A stretch of DNA of 64,000 nt from Candidatus Saccharimonadota bacterium (GCA_013694995.1 JACDBH010000004.1:128995-192994), one strand, 5' to 3'; counted from the first letter of the stretch, positions 42,842 through 54,030 are shown. A program made the numbers and translations. Notes: generated by a model not told the origin, from the sequence alone.

Positions 42842-43729
42842 ATGTATAACGCTATTGAAGATAATAAACGCAAAACCGTCATTATTATGGTGTTGTTTCT
42901 GGCACTTATTGGCGGCTTGGGTTGGTTGTTCAGCACACTTTATGGAAACGGGGAACCGAGCATCACGGTAGGTGTGCTTATAGGCGGGCTGATCTATGTG
43001 CTAATAAGTTATTTTATATCTTCAAAACTTATGCTAGCTATGAACGGCGCTAAACCGATCGAGAAACGCGATAACCCAAGACTGTATCGAATTGTCGAAA
43101 ATTTGTCTATAACTAATGGAATGCCAATGCCTAAAATATACCTGACCGAGGACCGGGCAGCGAACGCTTTTGCAACCGGACGCAATCCCGAAAATGCGGT
43201 CGTAGGGGCAACTACCGGATTACTTGATATTCTTGATGACAGTGAGCTTGAGGGCGTTATGGCGCACGAGATGGGGCATGTTAAGAACTATGATATCCGC
43301 GTCAGTCTTGTTGCCTTTGCCATGGTCGCGGTTATCGGACTACTCGCTGATATTATGCTACGAATGAGCTGGTTTGGTGGTGGTGATGACGATGATGGAG
43401 GTAGTAACCAAATATTATTTATTTTAAGTATCGCCGCTGCAATACTCGCCCCGTTGGTTGCTACATTAATTCAACTGGCTATTTCACGGCAACGGGAATA
43501 TTTGGCTGACGCAACTGGAGCTCTGACCACGCGTTATCCAGAGGCCCTTGCTAGCGCATTAGAAAAAATTAGCCAAAATGGATCTGCCCTAAAACGGCAA
43601 AACCGCTCAACAGCCCATTTATTTTTTGCTAATCCTTTGAAACGTAGTACTTTTAGTGCCTTGTTCAGTACTCATCCCCCAATTGAAGAGCGCGTTAGCC
43701 GTCTGCGCAGTATAGCCACAAAGGCATAA
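42842..43729 (+). CDS. htpX: zinc metalloprotease HtpX (peptidase M48)
   Basis: HEMGHVKNYD motif, 4 TM segments, and C-terminal STHPPIEERV. Confidence 0.85.
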   Translation: MYNAIEDNKRKTVIIMVLFLALIGGLGWLFSTLYGNGEPSITVGVLIGGLIYVLISYFISSKLMLAMNGAKPIEKRDNPRLYRIVENLSITNGMPMPKIYLTEDRAANAFATGRNPENAVVGATTGLLDILDDSELEGVMAHEMGHVKNYDIRVSLVAFAMVAVIGLLADIMLRMSWFGGGDDDDGGSNQILFILSIAAAILAPLVATLIQLAISRQREYLADATGALTTRYPEALASALEKISQNGSALKRQNRSTAHLFFANPLKRSTFSALFSTHPPIEERVSRLRSIATKA

Positions 43730-43733
43730 AAAT

Positions 43734-44687
43734 ATGCCGGCTAAAAAAAATAAAACAGCTGCAAAAAAAAGCCTACAAGTTAAAGCTGATCAGCCCAGAC
43801 GTCGAAAACTTACCAGGAAAAACAAAAAAAAGTTTACCAAACAAAATACCCAGGTATCTAGTAGCTTCCGCTTGCTAATAAACGCAGGGCGGCATTTATG
43901 GCAGCATAAGGGACTATTTGCTGGCATCTTGGCTGTTTATTCCATACTTTATTTTATACTCGTCAAAGGACTTGCCACTGACTTTCAACTGACTGAGGCT
44001 AAGAGTTTGATTGAAGAAACTGTTGGAGATCAACTTGGTAATTTTGAAACAGCGGCAACGCTATTTGGGGTACTTATAGGTTCGGCGGGCAGCGCTAATA
44101 ATGATGCGGCCAGTATATATCAGGCAATACTGGTTATGTTTGTTTCGCTCGCTGTTATTTGGGCGCTTAGACAAACTTATGAACAGCATCAGGACCGTAC
44201 TATTAAAAGCAGTTTCTATAAGGGAATGTACCCGGCTGTACCTTATATACTAGTGTGGTTTGTCATCATCCTACAGATGATACCGGCGCTCATAGGCCTT
44301 TCGATTTATGGTCTAGTACAGAGTAACGGTTTAGCTGTAAGCGGATTTGAGCAGATATTGTGGCTGTTTGTACTTCTACTAGGTCTCAGCATATCTATTT
44401 ACCTAACAAGTTCATCAATATTTGCAAGCTACATTGTGACGCTGCCTGATATGACACCGATGCGTGCGTTGCGTTCAGCACGAAAGCTGGTTAAATTTAG
44501 GCGATTCACGATACTACGTAAAGTTATCTTTTTGCCTGCCGTACTTAGTCTGCTGGCAGGTATAATATTTTTTCCGCTAGTTTTATTCGCGCCGGTTGCA
44601 GCCGAGGTTTTATTTTTGCTGTTCAGTTTGGCAGTTATAATTATTGGCCATAGTTATTTGTATCAGTTGTACAGGGAACTTCTATGA
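43734..44687 (+). CDS. polytopic membrane protein with Lys-rich N-terminus, unknown function
   Basis: 317 aa with about 6 TM helices. No recognisable motif. Confidence 0.5.
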   Translation: MPAKKNKTAAKKSLQVKADQPRRRKLTRKNKKKFTKQNTQVSSSFRLLINAGRHLWQHKGLFAGILAVYSILYFILVKGLATDFQLTEAKSLIEETVGDQLGNFETAATLFGVLIGSAGSANNDAASIYQAILVMFVSLAVIWALRQTYEQHQDRTIKSSFYKGMYPAVPYILVWFVIILQMIPALIGLSIYGLVQSNGLAVSGFEQILWLFVLLLGLSISIYLTSSSIFASYIVTLPDMTPMRALRSARKLVKFRRFTILRKVIFLPAVLSLLAGIIFFPLVLFAPVAAEVLFLLFSLAVIIIGHSYLYQLYRELL

Positions 44688-46702
44688 CATATACCGAAGC
44701 TAAAAACCGCATAGAAAAGCTCAAAAAACTAATCAACGATTACCGCTATCATTACCATGTGCTTGACGAGTCTATTATGAGCGAAGCTGCGGCTGACAGT
44801 CTGAAACATGAGCTTACGAAGCTGGAAGAAACCTACCCGGATCTACTAACTAACGACTCACCGACGCAGCGGGTGGCTGGTACGGCATTGGATAAGTTTG
44901 TTAAAGTTGAACACAAATACCCAATGATTAGCCTGAATGACGTGTTTGACCGTGAGGAAGTGGAGGCTTGGATCAAACGTACAGATAAGTTGGCACCAGG
45001 GCGTACGCATCAGTATTTCTGCGATATTAAAATGGATGGCCTGGCCTGTGCGTTGATTTATGAAAACGGCACGTTAAAGCAGGCGGTTACACGTGGTGAT
45101 AGCATGGTCGGTGAAGACGTTACCCAAAACATACGGACTATAATCAACGTGCTGGTATCAATGCGTAAAAATAAATCTAATCAGCTATTTCTTAAAGGAC
45201 GAACTGAAGTCCGTGGGGAAATAGTAATGTATAAAAAGGATTTTGCAGAACTAAATAAGAAGCGCGAAGCAGCAGGAAAGCCGATTTTTGCAAATCCGCG
45301 CAATCTTGCTGCTGGCACTATCCGACAGCTTGATGCGCGGCTGGTGGCTGAGCGCCCACTGCATTTCCGGGCATATGATCTTCTGCGTGATAACCCGGCT
45401 GAAGTACCAAGCAATGATTTGGCATATAAAGTCTTGATTTCTTTAGGCATTACTACCAACAATCAGGCTGAAGTATTTTCTGATGTTGATTTGGTTATGA
45501 AGTTTGCTGACGAATGGCAGCAGAAACGTCACGAATTACCGTTTAACACCGATGGTTTGGTTATTAAATTAAACGACCGGAAGCTGTTTGCCGACCTTGG
45601 TACGGTCGGCAAGACGCCCAGAGGAGCAGTTGCGTATAAATATGCAGCCGAGGAAGCGACTACGATAGTTAAAGACATTGTGATCAGCATTGGTAGAACT
45701 GGGGCAGCCACTCCGGTGGCCGTATTTGACCCGGTGGTTGTGGCCGGTACGACCGTACAGCATGCCAGCTTACATAACGCCGATGAGATAAAGCGCAGGG
45801 ATATCCGTGTGGGTGACACGGTTGTTATCTATAAGGCCGGTGATATCATACCGCAAGTTGAAAAAGTTCTACTGGAGCTCAGGCCGAAAGTTGCTAAAAC
45901 ATTCAACATGTTTACGGAACTCAGCCGACAATATCCTGAGTTGGAGTTTGTACGTCCGGAAGGGGAGGCTGTATACCGGGTCAAGGGCGCAACGGGACCA
46001 TTGCTCCTAAAACGCGCCCTCGAACACTTTGCGAGCAAAAGCGCACTCGATATCGATACCTTGGGTGAAAAGAATGTTGAAGCCCTTGTGGATGCAAATT
46101 TGGTGCATGATCTCGCAGACCTTTACACTGTCACTAAAGAGCAGCTGTTGAATCTTGAACGTTTCGCCGAGGTGTCGGCCGAAAATCTCGTTAATGCGAT
46201 AGGCGCAAAAAAGCATCCTTCTTTGTCCCGTTTTGTGTATGGGCTTGGCATCCGGCATGTTGGTACGCAGACGGCAGTAGATCTGGCAAATTATTTCAAG
46301 AAACTTGATAACCTCGGCACTGCTACCTACGAAAATCTACGTGCCGTCAATGGCATAGGTGAAGTTGTCGCTGATTCGATCCTTGGATGGTTCGTCGACG
46401 ATGATAACCAGGCTCTACTGTCAAAATTCCGGGTTTTAGGCGTATGGCCTAGGGACGTGACAATAGCTGGAGGCAAATTAAGCGGCAAAAGTTTCGTAGT
46501 TACTGGTACGCTTGAGACAATGGGCAGGGAAGCCGTTGCAGAAAAAGTCCGTAATTTAGGTGGCACCTTCCAATCGTCAGTTGCATCAGGAACGACATAT
46601 TTGGTAATGGGTAAGAACGCGGGGCAAAGTAAAGCTGATAAAGCCAAAAAACTTGGCACACAAATCATTAATGAAACAGAGCTGCTGAAACTTATCGGCT
46701 AA
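44684..46702 (+). CDS. ligA: NAD-dependent DNA ligase
   Basis: Adenylation motif CDIKMDGLA, an OB fold, a HhH region and a C-terminal BRCT (GKSFVVTG.L). 672 aa. Confidence 0.95.
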   Translation: MTYTEAKNRIEKLKKLINDYRYHYHVLDESIMSEAAADSLKHELTKLEETYPDLLTNDSPTQRVAGTALDKFVKVEHKYPMISLNDVFDREEVEAWIKRTDKLAPGRTHQYFCDIKMDGLACALIYENGTLKQAVTRGDSMVGEDVTQNIRTIINVLVSMRKNKSNQLFLKGRTEVRGEIVMYKKDFAELNKKREAAGKPIFANPRNLAAGTIRQLDARLVAERPLHFRAYDLLRDNPAEVPSNDLAYKVLISLGITTNNQAEVFSDVDLVMKFADEWQQKRHELPFNTDGLVIKLNDRKLFADLGTVGKTPRGAVAYKYAAEEATTIVKDIVISIGRTGAATPVAVFDPVVVAGTTVQHASLHNADEIKRRDIRVGDTVVIYKAGDIIPQVEKVLLELRPKVAKTFNMFTELSRQYPELEFVRPEGEAVYRVKGATGPLLLKRALEHFASKSALDIDTLGEKNVEALVDANLVHDLADLYTVTKEQLLNLERFAEVSAENLVNAIGAKKHPSLSRFVYGLGIRHVGTQTAVDLANYFKKLDNLGTATYENLRAVNGIGEVVADSILGWFVDDDNQALLSKFRVLGVWPRDVTIAGGKLSGKSFVVTGTLETMGREAVAEKVRNLGGTFQSSVASGTTYLVMGKNAGQSKADKAKKLGTQIINETELLKLIG

Positions 46703-46761
46703 GATGACTACTGTATGTCAGGACACATTTTTAATGTACAATAAACCCTAAAGAGAGATGT

Positions 46762-47340
46762 ATGATAGACCTGATAAATCCGGTTGCTAAAGAAGCCCTG
46801 AGTCAAAGCCTTGAAAAGTATTTTGCCAAATGGGACGAATACGTTGCACGCATGGGCATTTATGCAATTGCCGAAAAAATGCAGCCGGTCGCAGTCGGAT
46901 GGAAAGTCGGTAACCGTGATGAATACCGGCGAACCATGAGTGTACTTGATAATTATGCCCTCCAGATACATACCTTAACGGTCAGTAAGCGAAAGATAGC
47001 TACAGTTGTGTTAGAGGAGCCGCTGGCTCGTGGTATAACGACAATAAAAGTAATTGAGCGCCGTGCAGGTGCAAATGATCCTGTTGGTCTTGATCATGTT
47101 GATTTTTATCTTCCAATGATAGATGGCATTGCAGAAATGCTTGAACGTGGAGAGGCTAACTGGCGTAGGCAGGGCAGCGAAAAGTATCAGCGCATCAGTG
47201 TCCGCTTTGGTCCAGAATCGTTGTATGAAGCCAAGATAATTGACCATACAGTTTTAGATATCGCTGCTGATGAGCTTGTACACGCCAGCAAGAAGCTGTT
47301 GAAACCAACTCCACGCAGTAAAAAAGCCACCATGAATTAA
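46762..47340 (+). CDS. hypothetical protein (possibly VOC/glyoxalase-fold)
   Basis: 192 aa. Only a weak GLDHVDFYLP-type resemblance. Confidence 0.3.
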   Translation: MIDLINPVAKEALSQSLEKYFAKWDEYVARMGIYAIAEKMQPVAVGWKVGNRDEYRRTMSVLDNYALQIHTLTVSKRKIATVVLEEPLARGITTIKVIERRAGANDPVGLDHVDFYLPMIDGIAEMLERGEANWRRQGSEKYQRISVRFGPESLYEAKIIDHTVLDIAADELVHASKKLLKPTPRSKKATMN

Positions 47341-47371
47341 AAAGCGATCAACAGTACCTGATCGCTTTTTG
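47339..47371 (+). terminator. rho-independent terminator
   Basis: AAAAGCGATCA-ACAGTACC-TGATCGCTTTTT. Confidence 0.7.
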
Positions 47372-47412
47372 GCCGTACAACAGCTACAGACTCTAGCTAG
47401 TAGATATAAAAA

Positions 47413-47489
47413 TGGTGGAGCATAAGGGATTCGAACCCTTGACCTCTTCCATGCCATGGAAGCGCGCTAGCCAACTGCGCTAATGCCCC
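47413..47489 (-). tRNA. tRNA-Ala(GGC), CCA encoded
   Basis: Acceptor GGGGCAT/ATGCTCC with G3:U70, anticodon arm CTTCC-ATGGCAT-GGAAG, T arm AAGGG-TTCGAAT-CCCTT. Confidence 0.85.
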
Positions 47490-47587
47490 TTAATTACAAG
47501 GGGTGATTGTAGCAGAATAAGCAGCTAAGATAAAGAGTTGTTACTCTGAATAAGATACGGCTTCCTGATGATATACTGGACTGAAGC

Positions 47588-48865
47588 ATGAAACAAATAT
47601 TAAAGAATACGGTTGCTTCAATATTGGGCTGGCAAGTACGTCGTCTGCGGAAGAAGACAAGCTTTATAACTATTGGTGTTGTTGGCAGTATTGGTAAAAC
47701 CAACACCAAGCTGGCAATAGCTGAAGTATTAGAAAAAAAGTTCAAGGTACAGTACCAGAGTGGCAATTACAACGATATAGTTAGTGTACCGCTAATATAT
47801 TTTGGTCATTCGCTGCCTAGCCTGTTTAGTCCTGTGGCTTGGCTGAAAATATTTATAAGTAACGAAAAAATTTTGGGCAAAGCTTATCCATATGATATTG
47901 TCGTGCTCGAGCTTGGAACAGATGGACCAGGACAAATTAATGCATTTAGTAAGTACGTAAGCCTAGACTATGCGGTCATTACAGCAATAACGCCCGAGCA
48001 TATGGAATATTTCGAAACGATGGAGGCGGTAGTTCAAGAGGAGTTGTCAATTAAAAACTTTGCTAAAAAGTTGATCTATAACACTGATTATATAGATGCA
48101 GCTTATTACAATCAGATTGCAGAAGGCAGCGTAAGCTATGCCATTAAAAACGTCGATGCAGACTTCCATCTCGCTAATATTTATCATTCAGCCCAGGGCC
48201 TAGAGGCGGATGTAAAATATGAAAAAGAAATACTACTACATTTTGCACATGAAGTCGTTTCAAGCATTCAACTTTATTCTGTTCTGGCGGCTATAATAGT
48301 AGCCCGAGAACTAGAAATGAAGACGACGGAGATTATAGCGTCAATTGCAAATATAAGACCTGTCAGCGGACGTTTACGTAGGCTAAGGGGGATAAATAAC
48401 AGTACCATAATTGATGATACTTATAACTCAAGCCCAGCGGCGGTAGAGGCAGGACTTGAAATGCTGTACAAGCTACAGGCTTCACAAAAGATAGCGATTT
48501 TAGGCAGTATGAATGAACTGGGCTCGATGTCGGCTGATGCCCATACCGAGATAGGTAAGCTTTGTGATCCTAAGCATTTAGACTTATTGGTCACTATTGG
48601 TGCAGAAGCAAACAAATATACAGCATCTGCAGCCGAAGCTAGCGGCTGCACAGTCAAAAAATTTGATGATCCATATGCAGCCGGAGAATATCTTCAGAGT
48701 CAAATCAAAGGAGAGGCAATAATATTTGCGAAAGGGTCGCAAAATGGTGTTTTTGCTGAAGAAGTTATAAAGCTATTATTAGCAGATCCAGAAGATGCCA
48801 ATAAGTTGGTTCGGCAGTCTCCATATTGGATGCAAAGGAAAAAGAAAGGCTTTAATAAAGGATAA
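47588..48865 (+). CDS. murF: UDP-N-acetylmuramoyl-tripeptide--D-alanyl-D-alanine ligase (Mur ligase family)
   Basis: P-loop GVVGSIGKTNTK and IDDTYNSSPAAVEAGLEML, typical of MurF. Neighbours ddl. Confidence 0.7.
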   Translation: MKQILKNTVASILGWQVRRLRKKTSFITIGVVGSIGKTNTKLAIAEVLEKKFKVQYQSGNYNDIVSVPLIYFGHSLPSLFSPVAWLKIFISNEKILGKAYPYDIVVLELGTDGPGQINAFSKYVSLDYAVITAITPEHMEYFETMEAVVQEELSIKNFAKKLIYNTDYIDAAYYNQIAEGSVSYAIKNVDADFHLANIYHSAQGLEADVKYEKEILLHFAHEVVSSIQLYSVLAAIIVARELEMKTTEIIASIANIRPVSGRLRRLRGINNSTIIDDTYNSSPAAVEAGLEMLYKLQASQKIAILGSMNELGSMSADAHTEIGKLCDPKHLDLLVTIGAEANKYTASAAEASGCTVKKFDDPYAAGEYLQSQIKGEAIIFAKGSQNGVFAEEVIKLLLADPEDANKLVRQSPYWMQRKKKGFNKG

Positions 48866-48869
48866 CTAC

Positions 48870-49790
48870 ATGGCACGAGTATACGAAAAAGTATTTTATG
48901 GCGATAAATTAGTGCCGCTAAGCGAGGCTAGCCTAAGTGTTGCAAGTTCAGCTGTATTATATGGCCTAAGTGTCTATACAGTTTTCCCGGTGTCACTAAA
49001 TAACAAGGGCCAACTTGTCGCTTTTAGGCTGCAAGACCACTTCAGGCGCCTTACGTCATCGGCTAAAATTATCGGCATAGATACATTTGAAAAAAAATGG
49101 AATTACGAACGATTTGTGGATGCGGTTAACCAGGTTGTTACGGATCAAAAACCTACGGAGGACGTATTTGTAAGGGCGACAATTCATGTGGATGCACTAG
49201 TCGCTGGAACGCGCTCTAGGGGACTTAGCACAGTACTCAGTATGTTTCTATACGAAGCGCTGCCCATTATCCCGCAAGACGGGGCACGGCTGAAAACCAG
49301 TGTTTGGCGTAGGATTCCAGATTACGCCATTCCATCGCGTGCTAAAGTGAACGGTGCATATGTAAATTCTGTTCTTGCCAAACAAGACGCAATTGATAGT
49401 GGCTATGATGACTGTATTTTTCTTGATTCCCAGGGTCATGTTTGCGAACTCAGCGCTGCTAATATCTTTATAATCCGCGACGGAGCATTGATAACACCCG
49501 ACACTACACATGATCTACTTGAAGGCATTAATCGCAGAACGGTTATTCAGCTTGCATACGATCTAGATATACCGGTAGTAGAACGCGCAGTTGATCTAAC
49601 GGAACTTTACATTGCCGATGAGGCATTTGCCTGCGGCACCTCAGCGTTCGTAGCGCCAATAAAAGAAGTTGATGCCAGGCAAATAGGCAACGGTCACACG
49701 CCGATTACTGAAAAACTGCGGCCTCTCCATAGCGCTGTGATTCATGGCAACCACCCCGGCTATGAAAAATGGCTGACAGTTATTTCGTAG
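48870..49790 (+). CDS. class IV aminotransferase (D-amino-acid / branched-chain)
   Basis: Fold-type IV blocks (AKVNGAYVNSVLAKQDA, E.SAANIFI, EGINRRTVI). Start set at MARVYEK rather than the 25-codon upstream extension. Confidence 0.7.
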   Translation: MARVYEKVFYGDKLVPLSEASLSVASSAVLYGLSVYTVFPVSLNNKGQLVAFRLQDHFRRLTSSAKIIGIDTFEKKWNYERFVDAVNQVVTDQKPTEDVFVRATIHVDALVAGTRSRGLSTVLSMFLYEALPIIPQDGARLKTSVWRRIPDYAIPSRAKVNGAYVNSVLAKQDAIDSGYDDCIFLDSQGHVCELSAANIFIIRDGALITPDTTHDLLEGINRRTVIQLAYDLDIPVVERAVDLTELYIADEAFACGTSAFVAPIKEVDARQIGNGHTPITEKLRPLHSAVIHGNHPGYEKWLTVIS

Positions 49791-50679
49791 TTGCAAGAAT
49801 TAATAATCTGTCTACAAATTGTGGCATGGAGTAACCAGCTTCCCGCACCATTTTGGGAAGCAGGCTTTGATCGGTTAACCCAGGGATTGTGTTGGTTTCC
49901 AGTACGTGCAGAATATTATTTGAGTCAATCATAATGTCTGTCCGTGACATATGCCGGCAACCCGTAAGTTCGTGTATTTTCAGCGCTATATTTTGTGCCT
50001 GTTTTTGCAGCTCGATGCTTACATTTACTGGGGGGCACAGTTCCTGAGTTGCTCCATTGTATTTATTTTCATAATCAAAGTCACCATTCTCAGGCGGAAT
50101 AATTTCAATAATCGGTAACGCTTCATTATCGAAAATCCCGACAGTAATCTCACTACCTTCAGTCAATGGCTCGAGTAGCATTTGAGGATATTTTTGTAAT
50201 AACTCCGCAGCTTGGCTAACACTTTGGTCATCAATAGTTCTTATAATTAACGTATCAAGGCTGCTGCCGCCATCGAAGGGTTTAAGCACAAATGGTTTTT
50301 GGAATTCAGGAATTCCCATATCATTTCTTGAAATCAATCTACCCTTAGAAGCCGGCAGACTATTTTTTGAAAGAAACTGTTTATACCGCCACTTATCAAA
50401 ACAAAGCGCAGATGCTTCGCTGCCACTACCGACAAATGGAATTCCTAAGTCCTCGAGCTCTCTTTGAAGTACGCCGTCTTCTCCTCCAGCACCATGAAGG
50501 ACTGGGAAAACGACCTTAATGCCGTTAACTAAATTTCTTATATCAAAATCTGGTTCTGCCGGGTCAGCAATTTTACATTGGTGGCCGGCAGCGATTAAAG
50601 CTTCTTTTACTGAATTGCCAGAACGCAACGAGACTTCGCGCTCATTAGATTTTCCTCCTGATAAAAGCAGCACATTCAT
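49780..50679 (-). CDS. ddl: D-alanine--D-alanine ligase
   Basis: MNVLLLSGGKSNEREVSLRSG, HG..GEDG.LQ..LE..GIPFVGS, and ATP-grasp C-terminal TNTIPGLT. Confidence 0.9.
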   Translation of the reverse strand: MNVLLLSGGKSNEREVSLRSGNSVKEALIAAGHQCKIADPAEPDFDIRNLVNGIKVVFPVLHGAGGEDGVLQRELEDLGIPFVGSGSEASALCFDKWRYKQFLSKNSLPASKGRLISRNDMGIPEFQKPFVLKPFDGGSSLDTLIIRTIDDQSVSQAAELLQKYPQMLLEPLTEGSEITVGIFDNEALPIIEIIPPENGDFDYENKYNGATQELCPPVNVSIELQKQAQNIALKIHELTGCRHMSRTDIMIDSNNILHVLETNTIPGLTDQSLLPKMVREAGYSMPQFVDRLLILATTK

Positions 50680-50830
50680 GAGGCACAGTATACGCTAATA
50701 GAATTTAAGTAATTCAAACTATTGGTAATTATTACGGTCTAAGAGATTATAATTTGGTACCTCTTTGATATTAGCAAGATTGAGTCCCTCTAGAGTATAT
50801 CTGTTAAATAGAGTAAAATGTTACAAAGAT

Positions 50831-53257
50831 ATGCAGCGCTACAACCCTAAAGAAATCGAACCCAAATGGCAAAAGATCTGGGAAGATTCTAAGATTTACG
50901 AGGCAGATAATTCGTCTGATAAGCCCAAGAAGTACATTTTAGAATATTTCCCGTATCCTAGTGGTGCCGCCATGCACGTTGGGCACGTGCGCAATTACAC
51001 TATTGGCGATGCCATGGCACGTTTCTACCGTATGCAGGGCTTCAATGTACTGCACCCTATGGGGTGGGACGCATTTGGCTTGCCGGCGGAAAATTATGCT
51101 ATTAAGAATAACATCAGCCCCCAAACTGCCATAAAAGAGAATACCGGGAAGTTTAAACAGCAATTGATGCAAATGGGGTTTAGTTACGATTGGTCACGCG
51201 AAATAAACTCGTCCGATCCATCTTATTACAAATGGACGCAATGGTTTTTCCAATTGTTGTTCGAACGCGGGCTTGCATATCAAAAAGAATCTTTGCAGTG
51301 GTGGTGCGAACACGATAAAACGGTACTGGCCAACGAGCAAGTTGAAGCTGGCAAGTGCTGGCGTTGTGGCAACTCGGTAAGTAAGAAGTCACTTAATCAG
51401 TGGTTCTTTAAGATTACCGATTACGCTGAACGCCTGGCCGATGATTTGGAAAAATTAGACTGGCCCGATGGTGTTAAAGCTATGCAGCGCAACTGGATTG
51501 GTAAGAGCAAGGGTGCAGAAGTTGATTTTAGAGTTGAAGATGCTAATGGTGTAATCCGTGTGTTCACTACCCGGCCTGATACCTTATTTGGCGCAACTTT
51601 CATAGTATTAGCGCCCGAGCATCCCCTAATCGATACGCTAGTAACTGACAGTGAGAAAATCAAGGTAGAGGAGTATATAAAAACTTCTGTGCAAAAATCC
51701 GAGATTGAACGTCAGGAGACGGATCGTGATAAAACAGGAGTTTTTACTGGTTCTTATGCGATTAATCCGGTCAACAATGCCAAAGTCCCTATTTGGGTAG
51801 CGGACTACGTACTGCCAGGTTATGGCACCGGCGCTATTATGGCAGTGCCGGCACATGACGAGCGTGATTATGATTTTGCCAAGAAGTTTGACCTACAAAT
51901 TATTGAAGTAGTACAAAAGCCCGAAGGATTTGAAGGTTGCTACAGCGGCGAAGGGTTGATGGTGAGCTCAAACCATTACAATGGTCTCAGCTCAAGCGAC
52001 GCTAGGGAAAAAATTGTTTCAGATTTGTCCAGCCAAGGTGCTGCCGAAGAAAAAATAAATTATAAAATTCGCGACTGGCTAATAAGCCGCCAGCGTTATT
52101 GGGGCGCACCAATCCCTATTATTCACTGCCAAAAAGACGGTGCGGTGGCGGTGCCAAAAGACCAATTACCTGTTGTGCTGCCGGAAGTTGAAAGTTTTCA
52201 GCCAACCGGTGATGGCAGGAGCGTATTAGCTAGCATACCAGAGTGGGTCTATACTACTTGTCCAAAGTGCGGCGGTCCTGCCCAGCGCGAAACCGACACC
52301 ATGGACGGCTTTGCCTGTAGCAGCTGGTATTTCTTAAGATTTGCCGATCCGCACAGTGACAATGAACCGTTCAGTAAAGACAAGGTTAAATACTGGTTGC
52401 CGGTTGATGATTACATCGGTGGGGCCGAGCATGCTGTTATGCACCTGCTTTATGCTCGGATGTGGACTAAAGTAATGTTTGACTCTAACTTGATCGAATT
52501 TGATGAGCCATTTTTAAAATTACGGAACCAGGGAATGATATTGGCGCCTGATGGTCGTAAAATGAGCAAGAGCTGGGGCAATGTCATTGCACCTGACGAT
52601 ATTATTGCTCAGGGGTATGGAGCTGATAGCGTGCGTCTTATGGAATTGTTTATTGGACCATGGGATCAATCAGCTGCCTGGAGCATTGAAGGGATGGGTG
52701 GCGTATTTAGGTTCTTGCAGCGCGTATGGACATTAGTACAAGAATATTTAGCATCAGAAAAAGGCCATATAGATACACGAGCCTTGCATCAATCCATACA
52801 TCGCACAATTCAAAAAGTAACAGTCGACATTTCTGAAATGAGCTTTAATACAGCCATAGCAGCCTTGATGGAATGTGTAAACGAGCTTTATAAAATTAAA
52901 TCGGTTGATAAATATTCTTCTGAGGGATGGCAAAATTCGCTTGAAACATTAGTACAGCTAACTGCGCCGTTTGCTCCTCATATAGCCGAGGAAATGTGGG
53001 CACAACTTGAGTGTGAGGGCTCTGTTCACGCAAGTGACTGGCCAATTTGGAGTGATGATTACTTGGTGGTAGAAACAATGAAGATAGCAGTACAAGTTAA
53101 TGGTAAATTGAGAGCCCAGCTTGTATTGCCTTCAGAATCAGATGAGGAAGAGGTAATTGCAGCGGCTAGGTCAGATGAAAAAATTAAAAAATACCTCACT
53201 ACAGAACCAGAAAAGGTGATTTACGTAGCCGGCAGACTCATAAATTTTGTTGTTTAA
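50831..53257 (+). CDS. leuS: leucine--tRNA ligase
   Basis: YPSGAAMHVGHVRNY (HIGH motif) and KMSKSWGN (KMSKS motif), with a CP1 editing domain. Start at MQRYNPKEIE. Confidence 0.95.
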   Translation: MQRYNPKEIEPKWQKIWEDSKIYEADNSSDKPKKYILEYFPYPSGAAMHVGHVRNYTIGDAMARFYRMQGFNVLHPMGWDAFGLPAENYAIKNNISPQTAIKENTGKFKQQLMQMGFSYDWSREINSSDPSYYKWTQWFFQLLFERGLAYQKESLQWWCEHDKTVLANEQVEAGKCWRCGNSVSKKSLNQWFFKITDYAERLADDLEKLDWPDGVKAMQRNWIGKSKGAEVDFRVEDANGVIRVFTTRPDTLFGATFIVLAPEHPLIDTLVTDSEKIKVEEYIKTSVQKSEIERQETDRDKTGVFTGSYAINPVNNAKVPIWVADYVLPGYGTGAIMAVPAHDERDYDFAKKFDLQIIEVVQKPEGFEGCYSGEGLMVSSNHYNGLSSSDAREKIVSDLSSQGAAEEKINYKIRDWLISRQRYWGAPIPIIHCQKDGAVAVPKDQLPVVLPEVESFQPTGDGRSVLASIPEWVYTTCPKCGGPAQRETDTMDGFACSSWYFLRFADPHSDNEPFSKDKVKYWLPVDDYIGGAEHAVMHLLYARMWTKVMFDSNLIEFDEPFLKLRNQGMILAPDGRKMSKSWGNVIAPDDIIAQGYGADSVRLMELFIGPWDQSAAWSIEGMGGVFRFLQRVWTLVQEYLASEKGHIDTRALHQSIHRTIQKVTVDISEMSFNTAIAALMECVNELYKIKSVDKYSSEGWQNSLETLVQLTAPFAPHIAEEMWAQLECEGSVHASDWPIWSDDYLVVETMKIAVQVNGKLRAQLVLPSESDEEEVIAAARSDEKIKKYLTTEPEKVIYVAGRLINFVV

Positions 53258-53356
53258 CTAGCCTACTGGTCTCTACCCCTTGAGATTTTTACAGATTAGC
53301 GCTATAATACAGCGTAATTTACTACTTAAATGTAACAAAGGAGAGTATGTACTTCT

Positions 53357-53521
53357 ATGGGTAAGCCCAAGAAACGAACATCGCATCGTAAGACGGGTAC
53401 TCGCCGAAGCCATCATGTGGTCAAGCTGGCACGTGCTACCAATGCGACATCACCGGTAAAAGCTTTTACCACCATCCGTGAATCAGCTAAGGCAAAAGTC
53501 ACAAGCGAAGAAGTAAAGTAG
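53357..53521 (+). CDS. rpmF: 50S ribosomal protein L32
   Basis: 54-aa ORF below the track cutoff: [20 protein letters not shown]... matches the L32 N-terminal signature. AAAGGAGAG and TATAAT lie upstream. Confidence 0.7.
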   Translation: MGKPKKRTSHRKTGTRRSHHVVKLARATNATSPVKAFTTIRESAKAKVTSEEVK

Positions 53522-53567
53522 GGTATACTGGTACTCAACGTACCATAAGCGGAAAGTTAACAATTCT

Positions 53568-54029
53568 ATGGCATCCAATCGGCATTTAGGTCGCATCGTT
53601 GCACTACAGACGCTCTATGAGCAGGATTTTCGCCGTGAAGCCGGTGACGAATCATTTGACCTCACCGATGTCCTAGCCCGGAATATCAGCCGCTACCGTG
53701 AGACTATCGACGATACTGATTTTATTGACCAACTAGTCCAAGGGGTCATAAAGCACGAAGACGATCTAGATAAAATATTGCAGCCATTAGCCCAGGAGTG
53801 GCCGATAAATCAAATTGCACGTATGGATCGGGTCGTCTTACACATAGGAACCTATGAGCTAATGCACGACAAAGATATACCGCCTAAAGTAGTGATCAAT
53901 GAAGCGGTAGAATTAGCCAAAGCTTTCGGTGGAGAAAATAGCTCCAAATTCATTAACGGTGTACTTGGTTCGTTGTTACGGCAAATAGAAGAAAAGGAAT
54001 CCCCTAAGCCTAAAAAGGCCGACGCCTAG
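53568..54029 (+). CDS. nusB: transcription antitermination factor NusB
   Basis: [13 protein letters not shown] at the N-terminus and [22 protein letters not shown]. Confidence 0.85.
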   Translation: MASNRHLGRIVALQTLYEQDFRREAGDESFDLTDVLARNISRYRETIDDTDFIDQLVQGVIKHEDDLDKILQPLAQEWPINQIARMDRVVLHIGTYELMHDKDIPPKVVINEAVELAKAFGGENSSKFINGVLGSLLRQIEEKESPKPKKADA

Positions 54030-54030
54030 A

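Noticed and set aside
48795-50830. Longer N-terminal extensions given in the ORF track for the aminotransferase (48795) and leuS (50765)
   Set aside because: The extensions overlap the upstream gene or an intergenic promoter region. The conserved protein N-termini begin at 48870 (MARVYEK) and 50831 (MQRYNPKEIE).
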